Below, one piece after another: positions 1 through 13,194 of a DNA stretch of 64,000 nt. Source of the stretch: Diadema antillarum (Eukaryota); assembly GCF_040938485.1 (NCBI RefSeq), contig NW_027271020.1, positions 2,852,001 to 2,916,000 on the forward strand, in the 5' to 3' direction. The notes below the pieces were generated by a model. That model saw only the letters and a program-made list of their open reading frames with translations, was not told the DNA's origin and did no database searches. The position numbers and the translations under genes are program-made. How positions within the stretch are numbered: the stretch's first letter is position 1; each line of letters starts with the position of its first letter.

Positions 1-2512
1 AGCCAGTTTTTACACATTTTAGAACGAATAAACAGCATTGAAATTAACTAGGGAAGTGGAGCATCGGCATTGATCCAAGAAGAGCTCTGTCTATAGTTGC
101 TCTCTGCAGACGAACTCATCGTTTGAATGTACCACTAGACCCATATAATTGTACAGCCACTTGTGATACCGGAAACCGGCAGAAAACGCCCCCCCCCCCC
201 CCCCCCTCCACCCACAGCACAAAAGACGCTCCAAGAGTGAAACGCAGAGAGTGGAAATAAATAGTTTAAAAAATAATCTGGAAATAAGCAAATCTGGACT
301 GACATGTTAATATAGTGATCGTTGAATCGTGGAAGCCTTGTATTTTTCCATCATAAGCTACATGTACTTCTTGTTCTAAGTGTCGACTTGCTTTTGAAGG
401 TCATCCCTGGTATAATATTCCATTTTCTGCTCTCACTGTTGTTGACCACTTAAGTTTACAGCATCAGTGCCAGCGAATTGTTCAGATTTTATTCAAATGG
501 ATGAAGTGAGATACTCAAATATAAAGAGAGAAAATAATGAATTAATGTGTGTATTACCGGTGAAGCTGGCTTCATCATGCAGACTGTGAACATAGACACC
601 ATACGACCATTATCACTAATACGAAAAAAAAAAAAAATATGAAGCAGGTATTCTAAAAAAAAACAACAACCAACAACAACCCACAATGACAACAACATGC
701 ATAATCTCATGGTACAATCAAATGTGATATGGTGTCTGCTACTACTCAAAAGGAGGAATACCTTGACGTTGACCTTGAGGAAAATTACTGGTTTAATTAT
801 CCGCTGCACAGGGATATGTGAACGAGCTGTGAAGAGTCAGGCGTTAAAAAAAATAATGCACACACGATTAGGGAAGCAGTTGACCTGCAACTTCCAGTAA
901 CTAGACGGCACTTCTATCTAATGAAAGCAGTAGTGGGAAGAGTCCATAGATCCTAACAGCGGAAGGAAGAAACTACCACTGAATCCCTTTGTCTATCTAT
1001 TTTGTTCTATGTACATATGTAGAATGCCTTTAGTTCTGGCTTCTCTCTCTTTTTTTTTTTTTTTAGAAGAAAATTAAAAGACATGTTGTGCATATACTAT
1101 GCACTCTCATGAACGAAGCTCACTCACACCTCTTAATACGATACATGATTGTAAACTAGACCATAATTATTTACAGGTGTACCCCCATGTACACTATTGG
1201 ACTTATATTGTCTGTTTGTTTGTTTGTTTGTTTGTCTGTGTGCGTGTGTCAGTATTATCTGTGTTTGAGTGCTTCTATCTCTTCCCATGCATACCATAAT
1301 ACCGTGCATTTCTCTTCATATAACATACTAAAACTGAGTGGTCCACATCTCTACAAGCTGTCTGATACGTGGGCCTCTCTTTTACGATGATACAATGATT
1401 TTGTTCTATCAACAGTTTAAATCCATACAGTTTTGTATAACATTGCATTCTTGTAATGATTGTCTTTGAAAGAATTTATGTTATATTGAAAATAAAATCT
1501 GAATTAAATCAAGTTTGAAAGAATTGATTATTCATGTGTTATAAATGTGTTTGTCATTTGTGCATATATATCTGGTGTGTCCCTGGAAAACTCACGTTAC
1601 TCGTTCATTACTCTTAGGTAGTAACTTCATTGTCTTTTATATGTGAGCCGGAGATGAATTCCCCGTTTAATTATCAACTAATGCGATACACTGAGAGTAA
1701 ATTATGTACTCACGTATTCAAACACACATAAGAAGGAAACAGTTTTTTTTCCCTTTTGCTTTAACCTTTCTCCTAGTTTCGGTTGAGGTGTTTATGTCTA
1801 ATTGTCCGGTAATATAAATTAATACGCTGAAGTGTCATACATGCATGCAATATGTACATGCAAACGCGAAAAGTTGATAAGCGAAAGTTGGCATGTTCAC
1901 CGTATTTTATCATTCGATTGCTGTACTTTTTTTTTTTGCCGCAATGCCTGGTATTTCCTGAGGACTTCCGGTATAGATCTGATGTTTTCAGGAGCGTGAA
2001 GATCCGGTTTGAATGGTCAGAGAATGGATATCTGACCAAGGGAACTTCCCCCACGGGCAGGGAAACAAGATTATCAAAATCTGAAAATATTGTAAGCAAG
2101 GGAACCTCTATTTTCCAGAGCCTTTTCCACTCCAATTTACGAACGTGTATTCAAATTCACATGCACAGTGATAATATCCGGGCTTTCAAATTAAGAATCC
2201 AATCGATCAAAATTATTTGTAGAAGCTTTTGTTTCCTTTCTTTAAAGCCAAAATAACTCGTATTTGTATTCAGTTTCCAAATGCGAGCACTGTATATTTC
2301 TTAATACGGAAGTGTGCATTCAAATTCACATCATAACCACGATGTGCAGGTCTGGGGCGTTCGTTTTCATTTATTTTCAGGTGATCATTTTTTTTTTCAC
2401 GTGGGTTGAGAAGATAATAATTTGGAAGAAGGGGGAGAACAGGGGACGAGCGTTGGGTGCTTTAACTTCTATACAAGCTCATTTATGCGATCCCCTCATT
2501 CCATCCACACGC

Positions 2513-2514
<2 letters not shown>

Positions 2515-2557
<43 letters not shown>
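2515..2557. repeat. (CA)n microsatellite
   Basis: Uninterrupted CA run seen directly. Confidence 0.95.
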
Positions 2558-2562
<5 letters not shown>

Positions 2563-2770
2563 TACACCCTTCTGTTAGTAGGCTGTTTTATACAAGCTAG
2601 TATGTTTATTTCAGTTTTACATTATTCCGAAGTTAGGGGATCCCATTACAATAATAATAATATCACTGTAATGAGAATCTCTTACTTCTGAATAATGTGA
2701 TATTTGAAGAATACTGGATCATAAATATGGACATGATATACCATGTCCATAATGTTCCTGTGTTCTTCCT

Positions 2771-3345
2771 GTCCAAATATAAGTTAATAGTCTGACTGGT
2801 AAATCTTACGAGTTCAAAGGTTAAAAAAATTGACTGAAATATGATGAAAAATAAGGAAGTTATGACATTTATGACAGTTTTTGTACAGTGGAAATGAATA
2901 TGCAAAATGAGTGAGCTAATCATGTCATAACCTCACAACTTTTCATTGATCGTGCACCAAAAAATGACCAAAATTCAATGTTTCTATCATTGAAGTCTGA
3001 AACATGATGTTACTCCTGGTTGAATAACTTCAGAATAGTGATCATTGAGATATATACCAGGATTTAACCTTCGGGCATATTGCGCTTGAATGAAAAACCA
3101 CAAATCTCAAAATTTCATCTACGAACTAAACATTGCAAGTTGTGAGGGGATGACACGCTCACTTTTCCATTTGCATATTCATATCAGCATTGCCCGTTCA
3201 AGAACTGTTTTTCATATAATCAGCAAAACTTCAAAATGTCATTACTTCCGTATTTTCATCCAATTTCAAAATTTCACCGATTTTGAACTCGTTACATTTT
3301 ACTCTTTCTTATCAAACTAACTTATATTTGGACTGGATTTCCCCT
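2771..3345. mobile_element. Kolobok-like non-autonomous element, left tip truncated
   Basis: Right end ...GGATTTCCCCT followed by TTAA (3346-3349). The inner TIR segment GTCCAAATATAAGTT at 2771 is the inverse of AACTTATATTTGGAC near 3319-3333. The outer left tip is missing. Confidence 0.5.
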
Positions 3346-3888
3346 TTAAAAGAGACAAGACACCAACACCGTGAACACCAAACACGCTAACCACACAATG
3401 CGTCAATTCAAAGACTAACTGACAAACAGCATGATCTAGTGTCGCTGTTGGAAGCCAAGATATATCATTAAACAACAAATAAGATGTACCTAATGTTCAC
3501 GTTATCAGTATATTTAAACGATAACATTAATACGGCATAATCCTTTCAATTATTCGACCAAACATGAAATCAGAACATTAAGTACACACTGCTCAACGTG
3601 CTCTAAAACACTTCATAAGCTCTTCGACCTCCAAAGATACACTCCTATCAATACAATTTGTATATTCAAGCAGACACTTAAAAAACAACTCCTTGTATCA
3701 TAATAGTGACATGAAAGCATGTCTCACATGAAACTCTGTTGTTCTGGTTTACCCAGTATACACTGTATACTTGTAAGTGCTAAGCAAGCATCATTTCACA
3801 TCAATTGTCTGTAAAGAGCTCAGGCCTCAGTTCCCCATTTGACAGGAGGTGTACGATATGATGATTTTATCACCCTGCCGAGTCGCAT

Positions 3889-4549
3889 TAGGGAAGAAAT
3901 CTACCCCCCCCCCCCCCCCCAAAAAAAAAAAAAATAGGTTTCTGAAGAAAAAGAAAATATTCTTTACAGAATGATACAGAAATGTCAAAAATCGGATAGG
4001 AAATAAGAAAGATATGACATTTTGAAATTTCACATTTTTTTTTCGAAAAACATTTTTTGACCAGTCCTTATGAATATTCACATGAGCGATTTGATGCTGT
4101 CATACCCTCACAATTTCCATGTTTGTTATTTATGAAATTCGGGGGGGGGGGGGGATTTATTTTCAGCTAATACAAGTAAAAGCATGTTTCCATTCCAAGA
4201 TTTATCAGAATTAGCATTATTTTGTTCTTTTTAATTCTGGGTGGCTTTAAGACAAGTTTCATGTCAAGTTTACACAGCTGGAATATAAGATTTTTGTATT
4301 TTCTGTATTTTCTGTATATGAAATGAATAAGAAATTGTGAGAGCATGGCATCGTCAACTGGTTGATTTGAATATTCATAAGGACTGGTCAAGAAATGTTA
4401 TCCGAAAAAAAAAAATGTGATATTTCAAAATGTCATATCTTCCTTATTTCTTATCCGATTTTTATCATTTTTGTATCGCTCTGTATAGGGAACATTTTTT
4501 TTTTAATCTTTCTTTCAAGGTTTATATATTTTGGGAGTGGATTTCCTCT
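3889..4549. mobile_element. Foldback/Kolobok-like MITE with long inverted arms
   Basis: About 3955-4080 is the reverse complement of about 4368-4500 (e.g. TTTTTGACCAGTCCTTATGAATATTCA / TGAATATTCATAAGGACTGGTCAAGAAA). Right end GGATTTCCTCT + TTAA (4550-4553); degenerate left end TTAGGGAAGAAATCTACCCC. Confidence 0.65.
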
Positions 4550-6219
4550 TTAAGTTAGTTCCCCAGAGATGGAAGCAGCTGTCAATTGGGTCAACTACCA
4601 ATGATCGCGATGACTCGGATAGTCAGTGCCACATTTCCATAAAGCAATTTTGTAGCTTTTAACAGGAAGCCCACATGGGATGGTGATTGGTCAAAAGTAT
4701 TTCCCTTATACGATAGTTTATATTGAAAGTCAGCCAAACAGAGTAGAATACAAGTTATGCATTTCTGGCCACCCACTATGATTAGGTATAAGTGCAATAC
4801 GAACCCTCTTTTTGTCACCCTTTGTCTTTGACCACAGACAATACATATATTAACTTATATCCCGATTGGCTTGAAGTATGTTCTCTTTTATAGACCTTTA
4901 TGTTATCCTGCTTATTGGAGGAGAAAAGAATAATAGATATATATATTACAATGTATAATGATGTGCTTAGCCCAAGTCCTAGAATGACGTGTAACTTAGA
5001 AGTCACTGACGGCACATTTTTACTGTAATTTTGTATCGGCAATCCACTTTGGGAAATGTACCAAACCATATGAAATTAGTTTCGTGTTTGTTTTACGTGT
5101 GTGTGTCTCTATACATAGAACTGGTATGCTTTCACAGTTCAAAACTGAGTGACATTTATAGCCTCGAAAATGATCGAAGGAATTGATCACCGACTGTAAG
5201 ATTGGTGAAAAGAACAGATACTACGCATGATCTTAGCCAAAAGGCTGTTCAAAAAGCAGATTACATTCAGTTCTGACTCTTTTTTTCAAGCTCTCAAATA
5301 CATAATATGGATTTATGTCTATTCACGTCTAATTATGCGTTTATCACTGAATTTATACCTTATCACTATCATGAACGACTCAAAGACGAAAACTTGCACC
5401 AGCACTCAACTCACTCTCCTTATTACTCTCTACTACGTTGTATCTATTCAATTCTGGCTGCATATCGCAATGTGATGCCAGAATTACACTATTTTTTTTT
5501 CTTCTCGCTCCCTCTCTCTCTCTCTCTCTCTTCTTTTCTTTTGTTTGCGATAATTATAGTTTACATGATGAATGTTTTGCCTGTTTTTTTCTCTCTTTTA
5601 AGGCTGTCCTATCTTCAAGCCATATGCTTATTTGACGACAGTCTTCTGCATTTACACTCCCAATACATGCGCCGTAATTCAGTCAGATCACTAGTTATCC
5701 CGAATAGTTCCCAATCGTCTGTTTTCTTATTCTTTTCTTCAATCTTTATACCTAAATTTCAATCATGTTCGGATGTACACACTGTATGTTTTATTGTGTC
5801 GGGAAAAAATGACTGTATTTCACTTGTGAAACATATTTAATGCAGAAATTTCCAATAAATTCATTTGAATCAAAAAGCATTCAGAAAAGGGGCTATGGAA
5901 TAAGAAGTATATGGCAAGAAATACAATTGCCAATTGTCAATGGTTAGCTATACTAAGAATACAGGCAATAACTTACTGTATAACTTACATAATATTATGT
6001 AACTGTACTTAAATGCATACATGTACATCAAATCAATTGGTTGCAGAAACACAAGGTGACGTATAGTTTTTTGTGGTTCTTTTTGATATCCTTAATCCTT
6101 TTTAATTTGGCCACTTTCATTGACAGATCTCATCCATTAAGTCAGATATTTACTGTTCCTTCACGATAACACTCAAACTTGCAAAAAGTACAGTTTGCCA
6201 TTGTTGTTTTTACAGTTAA

Positions 6220-6763
6220 AGGACAAGTCCACCTTCATCTACATGTGGATTGAGTGAATGTAGCAACATTAATAGAACACATCAGTGGAAGTTGGGGGAA
6301 AATCGGACAATCTGTTCAATTTTTAAAGTATCTGCGTAGTCACTCCTGGATGAGAAGACTACTACAGTGTATGATGTCATATGCGTACAACCATTTAAAA
6401 GAAAATAAAAAGAGAATTTCACAAAAAATATACTTTTTGAATAAAGTGCAAATTTCTTTGACTTGTAACTGACATATGTTCAGGGTAATATTATTCCCCC
6501 TACCTTCTGAAAGAGAGAAGTCAAATGTTCTTTTGTTATGCGAGAAAAGTGAAAATATGTTGAATTTTCTTTATTCTTTCTTTATATCGTTGTACTCATG
6601 TGACATCACAAGCTGTAGTAGTCTTCTCATCCAGCCTTGAGTGAGCAGAAACTTCAAAAATTCATAACTTTTGAACGGAATGTCCGATCTTCCTCAAACT
6701 CTCAATGTTGTGTTCTCCTAATATTGCTGAATTTACTCATGTCCATGAAGGTGAACTTGCCCT
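6220..6763. mobile_element. Kolobok-like non-autonomous DNA transposon (family A)
   Basis: TTAA on both sides (6216-6219, 6764-6767). 19-bp TIR AGGACAAGTCCACCTTCAT vs AGGGCAAGTTCACCTTCAT (2 mismatches). AGG termini with a TTAA TSD fit Kolobok rather than piggyBac. Confidence 0.8.
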
Positions 6764-6935
6764 TTAATGTGCTCATTCATGCATGACAGTTGTCAACATA
6801 ATTAGACATCAGTGGAAAGAGGAAGAGTTTCCCTTTCCTCAGGACCAATACTGTGCTCTCCATAGCTGACAATCGTGATATAGCTGCCCTCCAAAGTTGG
6901 ATGATTTTTTACTACACTGTATATCATTGTCTTAG

Positions 6936-7225
6936 CTCTCTAAAAAAAATCGAGTGAAAATTTTCACTCTTGAAGGAGTGAATACAAAAAAGAGTGAATT
7001 TAGAGTGAAATTGGAGTGAATTTCGAGTGAAAATGATCATTTTCACACATTTTGGAGTGACGTCAGGGATCACTCGAAGATTTTGGAGTGATCCCTGACG
7101 TCACTCTAAAACGAGTGAAAATGAACATTTTCACTCGAAATTCACTCCAATTTCACTCTAAATTCACTCTTTTTTGTTTTCACTCCTTCAAGAGTGAAAA
7201 TTTTCACTCGATTTTTTTAAGAGAG
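6936..7225. mobile_element. Near-perfect palindromic MITE (CMC/EnSpm-like CTCTC ends, GAGTGA subterminal repeats)
   Basis: The 290 bp fold back almost perfectly (CTCTCTAAAAAAAATCGAGTGAAAA... / ...TTTTCACTCGATTTTTTTAAGAGAG), with many GAGTGA/TCACTC units. No clear TSD. Confidence 0.85.
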
Positions 7226-7249
7226 GTTTATGAGAGTTGGAGCTCCATA

Positions 7250-7917
7250 CTGTGATGGCGGTGAGGACTGCATAGAGAAAGTGGTCGGCTTCAAATAGGG
7301 AACGTGACGTCATATCTTCTCAATCCTTTCCCTGCATGTCATTGCTTGCACCAGGGAGGTGACCTCTCTTCACCTCCCTGCTTGCACCATGCTTACACAT
7401 CTTCTCGCGTCGCATGCAAAGTCAACTGACGTCACGGGCATGTTGGGCTTCATCCGAATCCGTTTCCGCTGTTTTCTATCTCAGCATAGAGCACGGCGCA
7501 AGATTCTTGCGCACAATTTGATGCTGGTACTAATATGGATAGCGCAAGCTCCACAAACCCGTTCGCGCGCGTGAGCTGTTAGGAATAATTCATCGATCTG
7601 CTGAAATTTTATTGTTTACACACACACCAACATTCGCCATTTTCGTTTGGATGAAAGGCTGCATCGCGTTCGTTTGTTTCCATCTGATTGCTCCCACTAC
7701 CACCCACACTACAGTATACCCGGGTTCGACCTTCAGCTCGTTCACGTCAGTGAATTTTGCCTACAAGCCCAGTGTGTGGAGATAGAGTGCAAGGTGCAGA
7801 CTTTAAACAGTCGTTCCAATCGACCACAGCTCTCTCTCTCTCTCTCTCAGCCTCTCAGTTGACGTTTGCACGTCTGAAACTCCTACACTTCTACTGACGT
7901 ACAATACAGCACCCAAA
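7250..7917 (+). promoter_or_regulatory. CpG-rich putative promoter / 5' leader of the dispanin gene
   Basis: Local CpG enrichment in an AT-rich background, perfect CRE sites TGACGTCA at 7305 and 7427, a YY1-like CGCCATTTT, and ATGACAG|GTAAGT directly downstream. Confidence 0.45.
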
Positions 7918-7924
7918 ATGACAG
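7918..7924 (+). CDS. Probable coding exon 1 (7 nt, Met-Thr-G) of the CD225/dispanin gene
   Basis: AAAATGACAG|GTAAGT is an ATG followed by a consensus donor in phase 1. This matches the phase-1 acceptor at 23402 and gives MTDYTRFQEPLPEV. Inferred from phase and splice strength only. Confidence 0.55.
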
Positions 7925-8331
7925 GTAAGTTTGAAGATTATTGCTGCTGCATGCGTTTTCCCATGTTTGTAGTGTGTCGGTATATGTAGACCGAGGCAAT
8001 CATTGATCATCAGCAGATTTGCCAGACAAAAATACCGAAAAAATGCAACGCGCAGAGTTTCTCTTCTGTGCTGTGGGTATAGCACAGTACTTAAATACAA
8101 AGTGCCAGGAGGTGCATGGAAAGGAACCTCTACTATCTCCCTGCATAGCCTGCACAGAGCAGCTGATATAGAAACGGATACCGACATACTATGGAGGTGG
8201 GAATTTAGGACAAAAGGGGAAAAATTCCCACCTTCCTGGACATACCAATAACGATTGTACACCTCGTGAATTCTGACATTTCTAACAAGATGCATATTTC
8301 TGCGATAGATAAGGAGTCTCCTTTTGGCTAA

Positions 8332-8803
8332 AGGAGACCTCCGCATGATTTTCAGATTTTTACATATGAAAACAAAGCCATAAATTAGTTATATACTGAG
8401 GACAAGGTTTTAGAATTTACGAAAATTGGGATGAAGAATAGGGATATTTTTTAAACCTATAGCAAAGTGCAATGAACAAGGATGATGACATGGCAGAGTC
8501 ACCATTAGAATGCATGCATGAGTTTGGGCTCAAGGAAGCAGCACAAAAGAAGAAGGCATGCATAGATTTATATACAGGTGAACTCGCAAGCAAGTGGCAT
8601 TGTAATGGAATTACACAGCTACATTTCTGAAATATGTGAGCCTCCTATGTCATCATCCTTGTTCGGTGTAATTTGTTAAAAAGGTTTTTCAAAGTATTGT
8701 TTCTCTGCTCAAGAACCACAATAAATTCCACAAATCTGTACAAGGTGTTGTTGATTTATGTACTACATGATGTGAAATTATGAAAATCGTCTGGAATTCC
8801 CCT
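8332..8803. mobile_element. Degenerate Kolobok-like MITE
   Basis: Imperfect TIR AGGAGACCTCCGCATGATTTTCA vs AGGGGAATTCCAGACGATTTTCA; decayed TTAA flanks (CTAA / TTTA). Confidence 0.5.
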
Positions 8804-10773
8804 TTTACCTTCTTCTAGCTTCTGGACCTTGCCTTGGGAGATATATCACAAACACACAGAGACTTGGTTTTACCTTTAATTATTTTGTTTCAGGACTACA
8901 AAATGGCTATCTGTATTAACAAAGAAAAAATGGGTGCGGCGCTGGATACTTGAATCGGAGAGGGTTTTGATATTGTTGTACATGTATTTCTCTTATAGTT
9001 ATTATAGGCCTACATGTATTTCTTATATACACTGACATGTTCTTCCTAAAATATCACTCTACATTTTAAACTCGATCCCCATTAAAATGTCGCTATCTTG
9101 GGTAGAACGGAACTCTTTCTTGTGAGCACTTCCCCTATAAGTCATCCAATGTATTAAATGGCCCTGTGTTGATATATTTGACCAGAAGAAGAAGAAGAAG
9201 AAGAAGAATCTTATTCTGTTTCACATTCCCTCTTTTTTAGATCACTTTCATACGGAAGTTTCGTATTATATAGTTTCCCGAGAAGATTTGATTTCAAAAT
9301 TTTGCTCTGGTTGCGAACATTTTCAGTCACCCTTCCAAGGTGTAGACGTTGGGTGATTTCAAGTTCGGTGCTGGTGTTAATGCTAGTGCTAGTGCTAGTG
9401 CTATCTCCCCAAAGAGCGTTTGAGAGTAGAAAAATGTATTTGTATCTCCCAAACAACAGAGCTCCAACTCCGACGGTCAGATTACCCAATACCGATCACG
9501 ATTATCAATCCCCAATACTGAGGTGTTGGCATCAAACCACGAAGAAAAATGGGATGCCAGATAAAAGTCAAATATTATTAAAAAGACGCATTCATGACCA
9601 CTTGGTTTTAGACACATAATTAAGAAGACGGATTGAAATGCCGTAAATTTCATCTCTTCTCCAAAATACAGCGATCTTTATTTTGCACCCAGGCTCAGAT
9701 ATCATCAATAGGTAAGTAGTCATGTCTAGAGTGTTCGTGTACGATAAGTGGTTGCTGGATTGTAGGCGACAATAATTGCATCAGCTGCTAGCATAGACAT
9801 TGCACGGACAACGTGCATCTACACGTGTACTTGTAGTATGCAGTGAGTGAATGTGGGTATCGCACAGCAACGCTAACACCAGCACCGAACTCGAAATGAC
9901 AAAGATGATCGGTCTAGCAGACTACATTCAACACCGGGCCCAACACCGCCTACAGGAAATACGCCATGATTTTGAGGTCAACTTCCGTACACCGACTGAT
10001 TTCACGTTCGGTTTTATTGCCGATGCTAGGGCTGAGATAACACTGACACTAGCACCTAGCTACCACCATCAACTTGAAATCACCCATTGTCATCCTTGAC
10101 TTTCAGCCAGACATATTCTGTATCACCTTAATTTGCCAGTTCGGAGTTTAATGACCGAATAGCTCATCATGCGTCAACGTACAATAATCACCTTTCTTTT
10201 TCTGTTGGTTTGGCCACAGTTATAATAGGCACTTTGAAGCTTTTCAAAGTGGCAAAATGGAACAGCTTGCCATCAGACATAGCAATTTATCGAATTGTTT
10301 AAACAAAGGATGAATCTACTTTGACTGTGCGCGTTGACCAGTGAACCTGACTGGTCCGTTTGTCAACACTTGGGAAGGCATCCATTTTATTATCTTGTAT
10401 TAATTGAACGCATTATAGCAAACATTCTCTATTGATGCTGCCGAATACCATGCAGGCTTGCTTTCAGGCGAATGCGCTATAACAAGCACCATTTACATGG
10501 TAAAACGCGAGTAATCACCCTATCACAGATGTTAATCTTCAAAACCATGTTTGTTAGTACAAATTACCTTTCTCTATTTTCGTGGGCAAGCTGGAACCCT
10601 GAGTTGGCTTCTTCTATAGTGCAGCTTCGCTCTGAATCCTGGTTGTCCTAGAAATAGGACAATCATAAACTTGTCATGCAAATGACTTCAGCTGCATACA
10701 TGTCGCTATGCCCGTTCAGTGACCCTTTGACACCCCGAGGAAACTTGTATCGGTCAAAAGGCGTCCGAGGATT

Positions 10774-11067
10774 ATGTTTGTTTGTTCATTTTCATATGAG
10801 AAGATGTTTGGATCACCCATATTAAGCTGCAATAGCTGGTCTTCCATGGGGTCCATTTGAATCTTAGGCGGGACCACTTCACCGGCCGATGAATAAATGA
10901 AATGGGATCTTTTGCGTGCATGAGTTGTGGCTCTCTCACACCCGAGACCTCCATTTAATGTCCTTACCGAGGAACAGAGTTTGTAGTCTCACTAGAGAAA
11001 CGGTAGGATTACACACTAGGGAATCGGGAATCGAACCCGGATCCTTTGAATCGTAAGGGAGAACCCG
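10774..11067 (-). mobile_element. tRNA-derived SINE with a probable Deu-domain; head split by the CACTA insertion (5' remainder at 18295-18330)
   Basis: Minus strand has B-box GGGTTCGATTCCCG, then TGTTCCTCGGTAAGGACATTAAATGGAGGTC...AAAAGATCCCATTTCATTTATTC, resembling the recalled Deu-domain core (GTCCTTCGGATGAGACGTTAAACCGAGGTC...TAAAGATCCCATGGCAC), and a (CAAA)n-type tail at 10774. Confidence 0.6.
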
Positions 11068-13194
11068 CACTGCAAAAAATGCGGTGTTAAAAGTGTAACA
11101 CCAACCGGGTGTCAAACTGTGGGTGTTAAATTTGGTGTTAAATTGACACAATTTGACACCCTTCGGTGTTAATTTAACACCAACATTCTCTCATTCATTG
11201 GGTGTTAGATTCTCGGTGTTAAAATGACACCCAAGTGGTGTTATAGTTTTGTCATGAAAAGGGGGTTTTCACTAATAACACCGTATCGGTGTTAGTTGTC
11301 CACCAGAGAGAGTCACGTGTTCGCAGTCCGATGATCTCATTGGTTACACATGCCAATGCCTGAAATTTGTCGCTGTGGCGCGGAGTCGTCAACGTCTGTC
11401 ATCGCGATAGTCAGGTTTTCGATGTCGTCTGGGGCTAAAAATGACATTGAATCTATGATGGTGACTTTGCTAAGTCTGTCAGCGGGGATAAGTATCTTTT
11501 AAGGTAATTATTTCCTGTATCAGTTATTTTCTATCATAAACGATGTGCATGATTTTTACGGATTTCATCGCATATTATAGACAACTTTGTCTTTGCACGC
11601 ACGTAATACTATAGTATACTATGTAGCGCAGCATACTAAGTACATGTAGCCTATAGTGTTTGCCATACATAATAGGCCATAACACCAACGCGCTAACAGC
11701 GGTGCATTGAGTCGGAATTTCGCTGAGGGTTCCTTTGTCCAATAATTGCATTTTAAAAATATCATCAAATTCTAAATATAAAAGGTTCCGTGGCATTTTG
11801 TATTGTTATTGATGTAGTTTTCTTACCTCTGAGGCTCTGGTGCGGATCTTTGTTAGCGCGCAAATCATTACCCGCTACTGACGTGCACGAAGACGAAGTT
11901 TGAACAATGTTTGTGTGTACATGTTCGTAGGTATGGGCACCTACTGGTAGGCCCCTAGGCCTACTATATTTTTTGTAGGGCCTACTGTAACTGTTCTAGG
12001 TCCAAACTGTTAGGTTTAAATTAGTACTAGGTACTAGTAGCAAATATCGCTTTGAAAAGAGCGTAAGTACCCGATTAAAGGGGCTGGGTGGGGGGTTCTC
12101 CCGACCCGATTTTTGTTTATCACAACAGGTTACGTGATGTTTTCAGTAGCTACAGTGTACACGTAGGAACGTAGGGGCATATAGGACGCTAGTGTTTGCG
12201 CGTGGATCTTACGTTAGAATCTACTAACTAGTTTCTAATATGAGTACTACTATTTATGAGTTTGCTAACCGCTTATACAAATTTACATTATATAAGAATA
12301 TGCTCTTATAAAGTTGATGACGTCACATGCATGTAAAACCGGTATTTCCACCGAGTCCATGTTAAGACTCTAGACTCTAGATCTAATTGTAAGGTGCGAG
12401 TTCAAGGGTAGCGAGAAACAGAATCACAGCCCATATTAATAACTAAGTGGCAGTTGTTCTCTGTCTGAGAACTGATCCTAAATTTCACAAATGAGTCAAA
12501 ATGGAATACATGTATCATCGTTTTTTTCATGATTCAAGTGAGGGAATATACGTCTACTTTGATGGTAGTATTTGTTGAAATAATCTCTTGAAAAAAAAAA
12601 ATCCCTTCTGGAATATGCCTCTTCCCCATACTTATGTTATTGCCACACTTAATGATATTGGCAATAGTGCACTTGAGAATCTTGAAAATGACAGAATTGC
12701 AAAAAGACCTTTTATTATCTATCTAAAAAACCTTGAAAATGAGAGTAGATCAATTGCAAAATGGCATTTGATTTTTCCATTTCTCCTCAAATAATATTTG
12801 CATAAATGTACACTGCATAAAGATGATGAATACCTGGAAGCAGGATATTATTGCCACCCCCCCCCCCCCCCCCCCCGATGGCTAATTAAAACGAACTTGA
12901 AATTATGAGCATACAGTATCTCAAGTAGGTATATATAATAGAATCACCGACTGAATTAATCTGAAGCCACCTGAACAAAACCCTTTGTTTTCTGCAGTTC
13001 TGATCAAATCTTTCATGCACACAAGATAAATCTGTTTCATGCACTTGTATACAGTAAATACACTAGTGCAGTTATGTGGATGTTCAGTACTTTGAATCCT
13101 AAGCCAGTGCATCACACCTTGCGCACCAGTTTGACAGTTTGCGGACTTGTAGCCACTTGATAATTATGTATGTTCATGGTCCTTACACTTGCAG

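Noticed and set aside
575-960. Possible minus-strand exons of a neighbouring gene (AG/GT-bounded 58-nt segment near 575-632)
   Set aside because: The splice signals are plausible, but no consistent reading frame or recognisable product links the segments.
1940-2135. Possible Gypsy pol linker fragment (QEREDPV*MVREWISDQGNFP) or exon
   Set aside because: Too short, stop-interrupted and without RT or integrase motifs; cannot be supported without a search.
5307-5840. 177-aa ORF
   Set aside because: Runs through poly-T and (CT)n low-complexity sequence with no protein-like composition.
8895-9711. Additional + strand exons after 7924 (acceptor near 8894, donor near 9711)
   Set aside because: Joining them to ATGACAG gives a stop after 10 codons; they could be non-coding or cryptic, but there is no support.
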